Assembly: GCA_049515835.1 (NCBI GenBank)
Contig: JBEKTR010000001.1
Location: forward strand, 10,070 to 74,069
Reading direction: 5' to 3'
From: Terriglobales bacterium
Lineage (GTDB): Bacteria > Acidobacteriota > Terriglobia > Terriglobales > Acidobacteriaceae
DNA: 64,000 bases
Of this stretch, positions 36,876 through 47,705 are shown piece after piece (the first letter of the stretch is position 1; each line of letters begins with the position of its first letter). The notes under the pieces were generated by a model that saw only the letters and a list, made by a program, of their open reading frames with translations, was not told where the DNA came from and did not search any database. Position numbers and translations under genes: made by a program.

Positions 36876-38294
36876 ATGCGAATTGCAGTGGTGGGATCGG
36901 GGTATGTGGGGTTAGTGGCGGGCGCGTGTTTTGCGGATTTGGGACACGACGTCATTGTTGTCGACAACGATCAGCAGAAGCTCGCGGCACTCAAGAGCGG
37001 CCAGGTGCCGATTCACGAAAACTTTCTGCCCGAACTGCTGGAACGGCATCGGGGGAAAAAGCTGACCTTTTCGGATGACTTGCAAGCGGCGGTGCGAACA
37101 AGCAGCGCCATTTTCATCGCAGTCGGAACACCGCCCACGGAACAGGGCGAGGCAGATTTGTCGTATGTCGAATCGGTAGCGCGCAGTATTTCCGGAGCCA
37201 TTGACGGCTACAAGGTGCTGGTGGAGAAGAGCACGGTCCCGGTTTATACGAGCGACTGGGTGCGGAAAATAATTCTTCGCAATGGAGTGCCACCCGATTC
37301 TCTCGATGTAGCGTCGAACCCTGAATTCTTGCGGGAAGGCACGGCGGTTACCGATTTTCTCTATCCTGACCGCATCGTTGTGGGAGCGGATAGCGAGCGC
37401 GCGGCCGCATTGCTGCGCGAAGTGTATGCGCCTCTGACGGAAGGAACTTATTACCAGAAAAAGGACGCAATTCCCGGCCCCGACAATCCACAGATTCCGC
37501 CGCCAATCATTGTGACCAGCGCCAAAAGCGCCGAGTTGATCAAGCATGCATCGAATGCATTTCTAGCGATGAAGATTTCTTTCATTAATGCGGTTGCATC
37601 CATCTGCGAATCGGTAGGAGCGAATGTCCAGCAAGTGTGCCAAGGGATTGGCTCAGACAACCGGATCGGCTCGCGGTTCCTTAATCCGGGCATCGGGTAC
37701 GGCGGATCGTGCTTCCCCAAAGATCTGATGGCGTTCCGTTCCGTAGCGCGCGAGTGCGGTTATGACTTCCGTCTCTTGGATGAAGTCATGCGCATCAACG
37801 AAGAGCAGCGAGCGCGATTTCTGCGCAAGATCAGAAGCGCTTTGTGGACACTGCGTGGAAAACGAATTGGCGTGTTGGGCTTGGCCTTTAAAGGGGGCAC
37901 CGACGACATTCGAGAATCGCCGGCGATCGAACTGGTCAAGTCTCTGTTGCAGGAGGGTTGCAAAGTCGCGGCATTCGATCCGGCGGCACAAGAACGGGCG
38001 CGAAACGAGGAATTCGGCACGAAGGTGGAATTTGTATCGGATCCCTATGAAGCGGCCCGTGATGCCGATGCTTTGCTGATTTTGACGGAATGGGAAGAGT
38101 TCGGCTGTCTTGATCTAGCACGCCTTCACGCCGAATTGAAGTATCCGATTGTGATTGACGGGCGCAATCTCTATAACCCGCAAGTCATGGCGGAGCACGG
38201 GTTCACCTATTACAGCGTGGGCCGGCCGGCGGCCATTTCGGAGGGATTTGGATCATTTGGGAGTGTTCCTGCCGCTCCCGTTCAAAAGTCATGA
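36876..38294 (+). CDS. ugd: UDP-glucose 6-dehydrogenase
   Basis: The internal ATG after AAGGGGA gives [26 protein letters not shown] (Rossmann fold). Catalytic region GGSCFPKD. Confidence 0.9.
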   Translation: MRIAVVGSGYVGLVAGACFADLGHDVIVVDNDQQKLAALKSGQVPIHENFLPELLERHRGKKLTFSDDLQAAVRTSSAIFIAVGTPPTEQGEADLSYVESVARSISGAIDGYKVLVEKSTVPVYTSDWVRKIILRNGVPPDSLDVASNPEFLREGTAVTDFLYPDRIVVGADSERAAALLREVYAPLTEGTYYQKKDAIPGPDNPQIPPPIIVTSAKSAELIKHASNAFLAMKISFINAVASICESVGANVQQVCQGIGSDNRIGSRFLNPGIGYGGSCFPKDLMAFRSVARECGYDFRLLDEVMRINEEQRARFLRKIRSALWTLRGKRIGVLGLAFKGGTDDIRESPAIELVKSLLQEGCKVAAFDPAAQERARNEEFGTKVEFVSDPYEAARDADALLILTEWEEFGCLDLARLHAELKYPIVIDGRNLYNPQVMAEHGFTYYSVGRPAAISEGFGSFGSVPAAPVQKS

Positions 38295-39295
38295 CCTCAT
38301 CGTCGTTCAGGGCGCCATCGTCTGGCGCATCATCTTCGAACGTGCGCCGGGCACTCGTCACCGGCGGCGCGGGCTTCCTCGGCTCGCACTTATGCGACGC
38401 GCTACTGGGCGAAGGCTACTCGGTGGTGGTTGCGGATAACCTTCTAACCGGAAGATTGTCGAACCTGGAACACCTGCGGAACGACCACCGATTTGAATTC
38501 CGCGAGATTGACATCAACCAGCCGTTCGATTGCGGCAAGGTTGACTATGTATTTCATTTCGCGTGCCCGGCGAGCCCCGTCGATTACACCATTCACGGAG
38601 TGGAAACCTTGCAAGTGGGTTCTCTGGGCACATTCCACGCGCTGGATATCGCTCGCAAATATGGCGCGAAGTATCTGGTTTCTTCCACCTCGGAGTGCTA
38701 CGGCGATCCGCTTGAACATCCACAAAAAGAAACGTATTGGGGGCATGTGAACCCCATTGGGCCGCGATCCGTGTATGACGAGGCCAAGCGCTTTACTGAA
38801 GCGGTTACGATGGCGTACCACAGGTACTACAAAGTCGATACGCGGATCGTTCGCATTTTTAATACTTACGGACCGCGCATGCAGCTCAATGATGGGCGGG
38901 TGGTACCAAATTTCATGAAACAGGCATTGCGTGGAGAGGCGCTCACCGTTTATGGCGATGGTGGGCAGACACGCAGTTTTTGTTATGTGAGCGATGAAAT
39001 CGATGGATTCCTGCGCTTAGCGCGGTCGGAAGAGCATCTGCCGGTGAACATCGGGAATCCCGCGGAATTTACTATCCTGGAATGTGCGAAGCGCGTACTG
39101 GCCGTTACCGGATCTAAGAGCACGATCAAGAACGAACCGTTACCTCCCGACGACCCGAAACAGCGACAGCCGGACATTACTAAGGCCCGGACTTTGTTGG
39201 GCTGGGAACCGAAGATTGATTTGGAGACCGGCTTGAAGCTGTCCCTGGATTATTTCCAGCAGGCATTGGCTCAGGAGAGTGCTGCCAAAGCCTGA
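38291..39295 (+). CDS. uxs: UDP-glucuronate decarboxylase (UDP-xylose synthase), SDR family
   Basis: The ATG overlaps the ugd stop (ATGA). [19 protein letters not shown] and the overall UXS-like sequence. Confidence 0.85.
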   Translation: MTSSSFRAPSSGASSSNVRRALVTGGAGFLGSHLCDALLGEGYSVVVADNLLTGRLSNLEHLRNDHRFEFREIDINQPFDCGKVDYVFHFACPASPVDYTIHGVETLQVGSLGTFHALDIARKYGAKYLVSSTSECYGDPLEHPQKETYWGHVNPIGPRSVYDEAKRFTEAVTMAYHRYYKVDTRIVRIFNTYGPRMQLNDGRVVPNFMKQALRGEALTVYGDGGQTRSFCYVSDEIDGFLRLARSEEHLPVNIGNPAEFTILECAKRVLAVTGSKSTIKNEPLPPDDPKQRQPDITKARTLLGWEPKIDLETGLKLSLDYFQQALAQESAAKA

Positions 39296-39739
39296 CGCCG
39301 AAGCGCAGGCGATCCTTCTTCACAGCGTTTCGCTTTCTTGGGATATCGCGGGTAACTACTTCGTGGTTACCGGCGCGGATTGTAATTCCGCAATCAACCT
39401 TCCTGACCACTCCGTTCGCTTTTAGATTTGAAAACGGGGTCGCGTTTTCAAGCCGTATTCGCATGAATCTGCTACCGATCTTGCCCAGTGGAGAGCCTGC
39501 AAAGGCTTCCATCCGGTGACGCCAAAATGACCTCAGTCACCCGCGCCAAGTTACATTACGCAAGGCCAGCTTAAGTTCCCGTCTTTGGTGTTTTGACGCT
39601 GCCTGACCCCGTCCATACGATTGATTCACTGCGGGAAGTCCCGCGACTTAAGAGGTATTTAACACTCCCTCGATTCAAGGCTGGAGCGCCGCGTTTAGCT
39701 AACCGCGCGGACGAAACTTGAAACGGTGGAGACGGCGCA

Positions 39740-40369
39740 ATGGCCGAAGAAAGTAACTGGATGACACGGAAGCACAACCAACGCGGGTTTTCGCTGATCG
39801 AGATGCTAATCGTCATTACGATTCTGCTGATTATGGTCTGGATGGGGAGCATGGTGATGATGCCGATGCTGCAACAATCCCATGTTGCGAATGCCTACAA
39901 CACTACCCTCGCGACGATGCGACTGGGGCGACAGGTGGCGATCGCAAAACGCACGGTCGTTTCCGTGACCTTGAGTAATGCCGCGATACCGAACACGATT
40001 ACCGTGAAAGATACGAACCCGACGAATCCGACCACCATCGAGACGGTGCAACTACCGAACGACGTGTCGTTTGACGCCGAACCGACGCTGCCGAACACAG
40101 TGGCAACAACACCCGACAATTTCGGAACCGGCGCTCCGGCAATCAGCTTCGACATGGGCGTGGCGCCGGGCGTGCCCAACGTCGTGTATTTCTACCCCGA
40201 CGGCTCGGCTCAAGACATTGCAAACAACATCAACAACGGCGTGGTTTATATTGCGCGCCCCGGAGTCGTGATGAGTTCGAAGGCGATTACGTTGTGGGGC
40301 GCGACCGGGCGCTTGCGCGGATGGACTCTCATTACCGTGGGAGCAACGAAAACATGGATACAACAATGA
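39740..40369 (+). CDS. prepilin-type N-terminal cleavage/methylation domain protein (GspH/FimT/FimU-like minor pilin)
   Basis: Leader then G|FSLIEMLIVITILLIMV. GGTGGAGA Shine-Dalgarno sequence. First gene of the minor-pilin operon. Confidence 0.6.
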   Translation: MAEESNWMTRKHNQRGFSLIEMLIVITILLIMVWMGSMVMMPMLQQSHVANAYNTTLATMRLGRQVAIAKRTVVSVTLSNAAIPNTITVKDTNPTNPTTIETVQLPNDVSFDAEPTLPNTVATTPDNFGTGAPAISFDMGVAPGVPNVVYFYPDGSAQDIANNINNGVVYIARPGVVMSSKAITLWGATGRLRGWTLITVGATKTWIQQ

Positions 40370-40965
40370 AATTGTTTAAGCAAAAACCTGGTGCGAGAAG
40401 TGAACGCGGCTTCACACTCATTGAAGTCCTGATTTCGATTTGTGTCCTAACGATCGGGTTGGTTTCCCTGCTCGGCGTGTTTGGCATCGCGATGGCGACG
40501 ACGCAGACCTCGCAACTCGATCTGTTCGCCAAACAAATTGCGACCGAATCGATGGAAAGCATTTATAGCGCGCGAGACACCGCCAACATTCAGTGGGAAG
40601 GGATTCAGAACGTGACGATCGTCAACCCGGACGGGACGACCGGCATTTTTCTGACGGGGTTTCAGCCAGTGAATAATCCAGGGGTGGACGGAATCTTCGG
40701 GACGGCTGATGACGCCGCGGCGGGGCCGCAGACGCTCACGCCGCCGGGCCCCGATGGAACTTTCGGCAACCCCGACGACGCGAGCGCAGCCATTACCCTG
40801 ACGAATTTCCAACGGCAGATTGTCATCAGCGATATCGACCCTTATACAGGGGCGGCGTTGTCCGGTAATTTGCGCGCGTACACCATTACAGTGCAATACA
40901 CGACCCCCCAGTTTAAGTTGCCCAAGCAGTATGTGCTTGCGGGATACATTTCGCAGTACCGATAA
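40366..40965 (+). CDS. pilV: minor pilin, PilV-like
   Basis: The ATG overlaps the previous stop (ATGA). G|FTLIEVLISICVLTIGLVSLLGVF is the PilV-type N-terminus. Confidence 0.6.
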   Translation: MKLFKQKPGARSERGFTLIEVLISICVLTIGLVSLLGVFGIAMATTQTSQLDLFAKQIATESMESIYSARDTANIQWEGIQNVTIVNPDGTTGIFLTGFQPVNNPGVDGIFGTADDAAAGPQTLTPPGPDGTFGNPDDASAAITLTNFQRQIVISDIDPYTGAALSGNLRAYTITVQYTTPQFKLPKQYVLAGYISQYR

Positions 40966-40975
40966 ACGAGGGACG

Positions 40976-42145
40976 ATGCGACGCACAAGTAAACAATCCG
41001 CTTCTGGTTTCAGCTTAATCGAAATGCTGATCGCGATGGCTGTCGGTCTGATCGTGTTGGGTGGTGCAGTCTCCATGTATTCAGGCGGAACGAGCGCCAC
41101 CTGGACGGTGACGCAGAGAGCCGAGATGCAGCAAGACTCGCGAGCAGCCTACGACCTGATGACACAAGACGTCAGTCTGGCCGGAGCCGGATTGCCTTCC
41201 GGGGGGCTGGCCGTCGCCACGGGCGGAGCAACCCTACCGAAGTATGGTTGCGACGTGATTTCGCTGACGTGCCATTTGGGAGCGAACAATAATGCAGCGA
41301 TTGCGTTTCCGCAAACACCGGCCCCGGTGGTCAACCAGATGTATTGGCTCATCCCCGGATTTCAGTCAGGCCCGACCCTGAACGCGGCAATCGGAGCAAC
41401 CGACGTAATTACCACGATCTATACGGACAATATCCTGCTGTTGCAGGACTATTACGTGCAGTTCAACGATAAGTATGGAAACTCTGTCACGCTGATCTAT
41501 CCCGCTCCTGCGCCCGTACCCGCGCCGCAGCAGTTGAGCGCATCCGGAACGGCGTTGCAGGTGGGGGATTTGGTTTTGTTTCAATACGGCACCTACTCAG
41601 CCATTGCCGAGGTTACGGCGGCACCGGGGGCGGCAAGCGCCAGCCCTTACAGTGTGTCATTCGCGGCCGGGGACTTGTTGGGACTTAATCAGAACGCGGC
41701 GACAGACAACCTGCCGTACCTGGTGAGCCAATGCCTGTTGGGTGGCGCCTGCGCGCTGAACAAGGCACCATCCGGAGTCAACTTGAACTCCATCACCGCG
41801 ACCCGCTTGTGGATGGTGACTTACTACATCGACAACACTGGGACAGCTCCGAAACTGATGCGACTGGTGAACGCACGCCAGCCAGTACCCGTGGCCGACA
41901 ACGTCGAGAATATGCAGTTCACGTACGACACCTTTACTAGCGCGGGAACGCTACTGACTCAATCGGGCAATGCTGGGGGCGCCGCGAACTACAACCTTAT
42001 TCGCACCATCAACCTGGCGCATTTGAGTTTGCGCAGCCAGGGCAATGGAGTTCAGGCATATCAAGGCACGGCCAAAGGCTATCAGGGCATTGATATGCAG
42101 ACCTCCATCAGCGCCCGCAATTTAAGTTTCTCGGAACGCTATTGA
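40976..42145 (+). CDS. pilW: minor pilin, PilW-like
   Basis: MRRTSKQSASG|FSLIEMLIAMAVGLIVLGGAVSMY. Size and position fit PilW. Confidence 0.6.
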   Translation: MRRTSKQSASGFSLIEMLIAMAVGLIVLGGAVSMYSGGTSATWTVTQRAEMQQDSRAAYDLMTQDVSLAGAGLPSGGLAVATGGATLPKYGCDVISLTCHLGANNNAAIAFPQTPAPVVNQMYWLIPGFQSGPTLNAAIGATDVITTIYTDNILLLQDYYVQFNDKYGNSVTLIYPAPAPVPAPQQLSASGTALQVGDLVLFQYGTYSAIAEVTAAPGAASASPYSVSFAAGDLLGLNQNAATDNLPYLVSQCLLGGACALNKAPSGVNLNSITATRLWMVTYYIDNTGTAPKLMRLVNARQPVPVADNVENMQFTYDTFTSAGTLLTQSGNAGGAANYNLIRTINLAHLSLRSQGNGVQAYQGTAKGYQGIDMQTSISARNLSFSERY

Positions 42146-42234
42146 GCGGAGATGCGGACACACGGAAAAACCGCACGCGCCTAAGCTGTGTTTGCATGAC
42201 GCGCAAGAGAATTTGGATCTACGGGGAATGAACC

Positions 42235-45200
42235 ATGCATAGAAAAAAACGGAACTCTCGAGGCTTCACACTGATCGCTTCGCTGTTGCTGCTCGCTTTG
42301 ATGAGCTGCATGGCGATCGCCTTGTTCATGATGGTCACGACCGAAGGCAAGGCTGGAGGCGGCGATCTGCAAAACACGCTGGCTTTCCGCAATGCCGAGG
42401 GCGGCATTGAGCACATGACGGCAGACCTCGCGAACACTCTGCAATCCATTCAAAACCCAAAGGTCTCCGACATTACTTCTCTGAGCGCCGACAATCCGAA
42501 CCCTACAACATGGGTGCAGTATTCCCTGACGCCTGCGACGGTAAACAATGACGGCGTCACGCCACTCACCAACTTTCAGTTGATCACATCCGGGACCTTT
42601 GCCGGTTTATATGCCCAGACATGGAACGTAAACCTATTGTCCACGGCACAAACGATTCTGAATGATCAAGTCAGTATGACGCGGCAGGTGCAGATCGCAT
42701 TGATTCCGGTGTTCCAATTCGGCGCGTTTTCGCAGGTCGATTTGTCATACTTCCCTGGCCCGGACATGGACTTTCAGGGCCGCGTGCATACCAACGGCGA
42801 CTTGTATCTGGCAACGGGCGGAACGATCACATTCCACGACAAAGTTTCGTCGTACGGCAACGTAATTCGTGAACAGCTGGCGAATGGCCAATTAACCAAC
42901 GTGAGCCACAACGGAACCGTGGACATTTTGACGGCCAGCGGCGGATGCGACGGCGCGAAGCCGGCGTGCCGGTCATTGGCGCTGACCGAGGGCAGCGTAG
43001 TGGGCGCGGCGAACTCTGCCTATAATGCAGGCCCGCCTTCATGGCAAACGATTTCTAAGAGCGACTACAACGGATGGCTGGTGGATGGAAACTACGGCAA
43101 CCCGGTCAATACCGGTGTGCAGCCGTTGAACCTGCCCTTCATCGGGGGCGGCGCCAATATCGGACAGTATGAAATCATCCGACGCCCTCCGAATGCGGGC
43201 TCCACTATCGACTCGTCGCGTCTGTATACACAGTCTGAAATTCGCGTGTTGATCTCCGACGATCCGGCGGAACTGCCGGGCGGAGCCGCAGACCCGGGAA
43301 ATATCCGCTTGGCGAACTTCGACAACTCAGGATCTGGAGGCCCGAACTATAGCAATTGCATACCGGCGACACCGATCGCGGGACTGCCGGTGTTGGCCTC
43401 GGGCGGAACGTACAATACATGCTTTGCACAGGGCTCGACAGCTGTGCCGGATACGTATGTGTGGACAGCGACGGCGCAGAGCAGCGCGTATCAGTTGCCG
43501 GCAGATTGGACGAACGCGCCATCGACAGCTAACCTTCTGTTGCAACCGGTAGGAACCGCTCCGCTCCTGGGGGCGCAGGGTGCGGCGAACCCGCCCGCGC
43601 CGTTCACCATGCCGCCGTGCACCATTACTGGCGGAGGCGCCGGGTACACTTGCGCGGCTGTGACCTACCCTTATTACACGCCGACGGCTGCGGCGAGCAC
43701 GAGCAACTGGAATTTGATTGACGGCTACATTCGCGTGGACGTCGAGGTAGCAGGCGCATGGGTGAACGTAACCCAGAGCTGGTTGCAGCAGGGCTTTGCC
43801 CGCGGCCCCACTCCTCCGACAGCTCCCGGAACGAATCCGATCAATCCGAACGCGATTTTGCTCTTCCAGCAACCGGCGGACCGTAACGCAGATGGTGTGA
43901 TCGATGCGACGGGTACAGCGCCAAGTTGCGTGAAGTCGGGCGGAGTGTATTCGCTCGGGCACTGCACGTATGGCAAACCGCCGGAGGTCCTACCCGACGC
44001 TTCGACGAACCTGCCGTATTATGGCGATTCCAAATCGGCGACCAGCAATTCCCGAAACAATTGGTACCCGATTAACTTCTATGATCAGCGCGAAGGCGAA
44101 ATCCGAGATAACGTAGCCCAGCCTGCGGCCAGTTGCTCCACTAACGGAGTCATGAATGCGGTCGAGTTGGACGTGGGCAACCTCAACAATTGGTTGCAGA
44201 CCGATGCGGTGGGCAAAACAGTGGACAACGTGACCTATAACGGTTACATCCTCTATTTCTCAGACCGCCGCGGCATGCGGCCTGCCCAGAATGTGATTTC
44301 GACGCATCCGATAGGCGAAAAATCGGGAGACTCGCAACTTGAGGACTCGGTGAATGCTATGGTCGGCGCATCAGGTACGCCCGACCAGAGACTTGATAAC
44401 GACTATATGCCGGGAAAACCGAATGTGGCCACAAGTTCGCCCGAAGACGCAAACGGCAACGGACTACTGGATAACGCCGGCGCCATCGATCTCGCCAATG
44501 GATTCTGGAACCCTGGAAGCCCGGCGACGACCAAACCCAGTACCGCGATTAACACGAGTGCGCCACTGGATCCTTATACAAACCGCATCAATAGCTGCGT
44601 GACGACGGGGCGCCGCAACTTCGTGTCTGGTGCGCGTCATGTGCTGCGGTTGGTCGACGGCACGCTTGGAAATCTGCCGACCGCCGCGGGCGGAACGGGC
44701 GGCTTTACGGTCGCTTCGGAAAATCCGGTATACGTCTGGGGCAACTACAACAGCAACGCGGCGGATACGACCTGGAATAGTCCGTCAGTGGACGAGCCCC
44801 ACTCAGCGGCGTCCGTCATCGCGGACGCGGTCACCGTGTTGTCGAACCAATGGTCCGACCTCACGGATATGTTGAATCCGGTCAATTCCGGCGCTAGGTC
44901 TGCCAATGCGCCAGCCTACTACCGCATGGCAGTTTGTGCCGGTAAGAACCCAACGTTTCCTACCGCGCAATACGCGTGGGCAACGGGCGACTACGGTTCC
45001 GACGGTGGAGTTCACAACTTCCTGCGACTGCTGGAATCGTGGGGCACAACGCTCAACTACAAGGGATCGATGGCAAACCTCTACTATGCGACGTACGCAA
45101 CCGGGGCCGACAAGACCAATCCCTACGGCGCGCCAACACGTAACTTTATTTTCGACAATGATTTTACCAACCCAGCCGGATTGCCGCCGGGCACGCCAAT

Positions 45201-45264
45201 GTTCCGCGACATTGACAACTTGAGCTACCGGCAGATGCTGACACAAAGAACGAACTCCGACTAG
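42235..45264 (+). CDS. 1009-aa pilus-associated protein with PilX N-terminal domain (possible tip or adhesin component)
   Basis: MHRKKRNSRG|FTLIASLLLLALMSCMAIALFMMV...AFRNAEGG is PilX-N-like. I do not recognise the large C-terminal region. Confidence 0.6.
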   Translation: MHRKKRNSRGFTLIASLLLLALMSCMAIALFMMVTTEGKAGGGDLQNTLAFRNAEGGIEHMTADLANTLQSIQNPKVSDITSLSADNPNPTTWVQYSLTPATVNNDGVTPLTNFQLITSGTFAGLYAQTWNVNLLSTAQTILNDQVSMTRQVQIALIPVFQFGAFSQVDLSYFPGPDMDFQGRVHTNGDLYLATGGTITFHDKVSSYGNVIREQLANGQLTNVSHNGTVDILTASGGCDGAKPACRSLALTEGSVVGAANSAYNAGPPSWQTISKSDYNGWLVDGNYGNPVNTGVQPLNLPFIGGGANIGQYEIIRRPPNAGSTIDSSRLYTQSEIRVLISDDPAELPGGAADPGNIRLANFDNSGSGGPNYSNCIPATPIAGLPVLASGGTYNTCFAQGSTAVPDTYVWTATAQSSAYQLPADWTNAPSTANLLLQPVGTAPLLGAQGAANPPAPFTMPPCTITGGGAGYTCAAVTYPYYTPTAAASTSNWNLIDGYIRVDVEVAGAWVNVTQSWLQQGFARGPTPPTAPGTNPINPNAILLFQQPADRNADGVIDATGTAPSCVKSGGVYSLGHCTYGKPPEVLPDASTNLPYYGDSKSATSNSRNNWYPINFYDQREGEIRDNVAQPAASCSTNGVMNAVELDVGNLNNWLQTDAVGKTVDNVTYNGYILYFSDRRGMRPAQNVISTHPIGEKSGDSQLEDSVNAMVGASGTPDQRLDNDYMPGKPNVATSSPEDANGNGLLDNAGAIDLANGFWNPGSPATTKPSTAINTSAPLDPYTNRINSCVTTGRRNFVSGARHVLRLVDGTLGNLPTAAGGTGGFTVASENPVYVWGNYNSNAADTTWNSPSVDEPHSAASVIADAVTVLSNQWSDLTDMLNPVNSGARSANAPAYYRMAVCAGKNPTFPTAQYAWATGDYGSDGGVHNFLRLLESWGTTLNYKGSMANLYYATYATGADKTNPYGAPTRNFIFDNDFTNPAGLPPGTPMFRDIDNLSYRQMLTQRTNSD

Positions 45265-45284
45265 CCGCTCGCCAGAACACCGCA

Positions 45285-45316
45285 CCGGCCCTGGATTTAT
45301 AGGGCCGGTTTTTTTG
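45285..45316 (+). terminator. rho-independent terminator of the minor-pilin operon
   Basis: Stem ccggccct/agggccgg followed by ttttttt. Confidence 0.7.
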
Positions 45317-45442
45317 CGATTGCCGACCTCGGGCGCTGGGTGTCTATAACCTCTGCGTGTCACGACACGGTCTCTAGTGTGCAGTCCAACTATCCACATA
45401 CACCCGGTATTATGGAATGACCAAATTTCGGGGAGACCATCT

Positions 45443-46063
45443 TTGGCGAACTCGCAAGGCATTGACACGATTCTCTGGGACGTTGGCGGCGTGTTGTTAA
45501 GCAATGCCTGGGACCACGCTGAGCGCCACGATGCGCTCGCGCGTTTTGGACTCAACGAGGCCGACTTCAACACGAGACATGAGCCATTGGTGGACTCGTT
45601 TGAGCGCGGCGAATTATCGCTCGACGATTATCTCGACCAGACGGTTTTTTACACACGGCGGCCTTTCAATAAGGAAGAGTTCAAGCGCGCGATGTTTGCT
45701 TTGTCGCAGCCAAATCCGGACGCTTTGCAGTTGGCACGGGGCCTCGCGTCTTCTGGCAAATTCCTTATGGCAACGTTGAATAATGAATCGCGAGAGTTAA
45801 ACGAATACCGCATTCAGACATTCGGCCTGCGAGATATGTTCGGTCTTTTCGTTAGTTCGTGCTACGTCGGGAAACGGAAGCCGGATGAGGCCATCTATAG
45901 GCTCGCTTTGGACATCACACAGAAGGTCGCAGCGCAATGTTGCTTCATTGACGATCGGGCGCAGAACCTCCAAGCGCCGTCGAGGCTGGGGATGAAGGTG
46001 ATTCAAATGGAAGGCGCGGCGCAATTACGGGAAAGATTGGCCGCCCTGGGAGTAAAGTCTTAG
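45443..46063 (+). CDS. HAD-superfamily hydrolase (start uncertain: a TTG at 45443 follows GGGGAGA; the ORF is open from 45377)
   Basis: Motif I-like ILWDVGGVLL, a cap region, SSCYVGKRKPDE (motif III Lys) and FIDDRAQN (motif IV). Confidence 0.7.
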   Translation: MANSQGIDTILWDVGGVLLSNAWDHAERHDALARFGLNEADFNTRHEPLVDSFERGELSLDDYLDQTVFYTRRPFNKEEFKRAMFALSQPNPDALQLARGLASSGKFLMATLNNESRELNEYRIQTFGLRDMFGLFVSSCYVGKRKPDEAIYRLALDITQKVAAQCCFIDDRAQNLQAPSRLGMKVIQMEGAAQLRERLAALGVKS

Positions 46064-46067
46064 CTGC

Positions 46068-47021
46068 CTACTTGCGCGCAGTCCGCACGGGTGACGGCGA
46101 AGTGCCCTCGGCATCGAGACTGAGATCGCTCGACCAACAATCCGTGGCGATTTTCCATTCGCCCGCTTGTTTTGTCGCCACCAGGAGATACTTTCCGCGT
46201 TCTTCGCGCCGCTTACCAAGGGCAGTCGGTACGAGCATCTTGCAACGGCCGGCTTCATAAGCCACATCGCCAAAGATTTCTACGCGCACGACTTCCATCT
46301 CAACCTCGCCGAGACCCGCATCCAGAATACTAAAAAGGAATTCGCGGATTGCGGCCGTGCCGCGGACCGCTGGGACGTTGGGTCGCAAAACCAGCGCATC
46401 GGTCGCATACAGATCTACGAGATCGTCAAGGTGCTTGGTATTGCAGGCCTGGGCCCAGTCCTGGTTCAGCTTTCTCACCGCAGCTTCGGCTTTGCTCAAG
46501 CCGGTTCCGCTCAGCGGCGTGCGTTGAGCCGAAGATTCCCGTGCTACTGTGGCGGAAATTGGCGCCCGCTCCTGCGAAATGGATTGCTCTTGCCCAAAGT
46601 AGTGGTGATGATAATGATGATGATAGTGATGTTGTCCGGATTGCGGAGCGTCCCAAGGCGCGGATTTTCGCGGCGCAGCCTCAAGTGGAACGCCACAACC
46701 CGAGCAGAAATGCGTTCCCGGCGGATTACGTTTGCCACAGGCGCGGCAAGCGTCCGAAAATTCCAAATCGCTCTCGCCATCGATTTGCTCCGCATCCGTT
46801 TCCACGTCGAAATGCTCCGCCGACCGAAGGGCTGCGGCAATCGGATCTTTCGCCGAACCTTGTTCCGCTTCTTTCGCTAGTCGCGCCCGTAGAGCATAGT
46901 CGATACGTGGCACGAAGGAATCACCCATCGTCTTACGCGCGGCGCCAGCGTCCTTCCCTGCCGGCTCCTTGGCAGAGGCATTCAGATCTGAGGCGTTCTT
47001 GACTTTTTTTTCGGAATCCAC
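46068..47021 (-). CDS. zinc-ribbon / His-rich / DUF4440 (SnoaL-like) domain protein (start uncertain: 47021 GTG or 46928 ATG)
   Basis: CRACGKRNPPGTHFCSGCG zinc ribbon and an HHYHHHYHHHYF tract. The C-terminal NTF2-like fold reads LNQDWAQACNTKHLDDLVDLYATDALVL...GKYLLVATKQAGEWKIATDCW. Confidence 0.55.
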   Translation of the reverse strand: MDSEKKVKNASDLNASAKEPAGKDAGAARKTMGDSFVPRIDYALRARLAKEAEQGSAKDPIAAALRSAEHFDVETDAEQIDGESDLEFSDACRACGKRNPPGTHFCSGCGVPLEAAPRKSAPWDAPQSGQHHYHHHYHHHYFGQEQSISQERAPISATVARESSAQRTPLSGTGLSKAEAAVRKLNQDWAQACNTKHLDDLVDLYATDALVLRPNVPAVRGTAAIREFLFSILDAGLGEVEMEVVRVEIFGDVAYEAGRCKMLVPTALGKRREERGKYLLVATKQAGEWKIATDCWSSDLSLDAEGTSPSPVRTARK

Positions 47022-47049
47022 GGGGTTGATTCTAGCAATAAACCGGCTG

Positions 47050-47499
47050 TTAACGGCGCGAAAACTCAACTGTTCCGTCGGATTCGGCGGGCACGCCGTT
47101 ACAAGTCGCAGGACGGAACTTCCAGGAGCGAACAGCAGATAACACGGTCGAGTCGCGTGCATCATCGGAACTGCGCAGGATGAGAGGGCTGTGCACCTGG
47201 CCGTCGGTGCCGATGATGAAGCTAATTACAATCCTCGCGCCGTCCTTTCCATTAGCAAGCAGTGGTGCCGGGGTAGCGAGCGGCTCCGGCGCAGCGGTAT
47301 TTTCGCAGGTGGTTCGAGGTTCAGTGTTGGTAATGGAGGAGAAACGGGCGTCACGAAAAGTTGAAGCCCAAACGTCGTTCTCTTGCTTATCAAGGGCACT
47401 CATCGACCCAAGCCTCATGACCGCCGACTCCGACATACCAAATGAGGCTATGGCGAAAACGAGCAACAATAGAAGCGCGCTAATCGATTTGAACGCCAT
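47050..47499 (-). CDS. secreted TonB_C-like domain protein
   Basis: The internal ATG gives the signal peptide MAFKSISALLLLLVFAIASFG. The C-terminus is GARIVISFIIGTDGQVHSPLILRSSDDARDSTVLSAVRSWKFRPA. Confidence 0.5.
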   Translation of the reverse strand: MAFKSISALLLLLVFAIASFGMSESAVMRLGSMSALDKQENDVWASTFRDARFSSITNTEPRTTCENTAAPEPLATPAPLLANGKDGARIVISFIIGTDGQVHSPLILRSSDDARDSTVLSAVRSWKFRPATCNGVPAESDGTVEFSRR

Positions 47500-47705
47500 C
47501 CGCCGCCTTGGAGACTTGCGGCAGACAAATGGAAGCGAGCCGCAGAAATCCGCTTGCACTCGCGGGGAGCAAGTCAAAGGCCATCTACTAATCGCCGCCA
47601 AATGCCATATTATTCAAGGGCAGGCAAAGAAACATAGGTTCGACGTGCGGATGAGATATGCAACCTCTTGCAAGAAAAGCTCGATTTCTTGCACATCGCC
47701 GCAGA

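Noticed and set aside
36912-37547. 211-aa antisense ORF within ugd. Similar antisense ORFs lie at 40447-41100, 43327-43962, 44803-45573 and 46167-46880
   Set aside because: All lie opposite strongly supported genes and have shadow-frame composition.
39180-39512. 110-aa minus-strand ORF whose N-terminal part (GKIGSRFMRIRLENATPF...GITIRAGNHEVV) vaguely recalls AbrB/MazE-type antitoxins
   Set aside because: The resemblance is weak. The ORF runs 115 nt antisense into the uxs 3' end, and there is no partner toxin and no Shine-Dalgarno sequence. It is kept only as something a blastx run could revisit.
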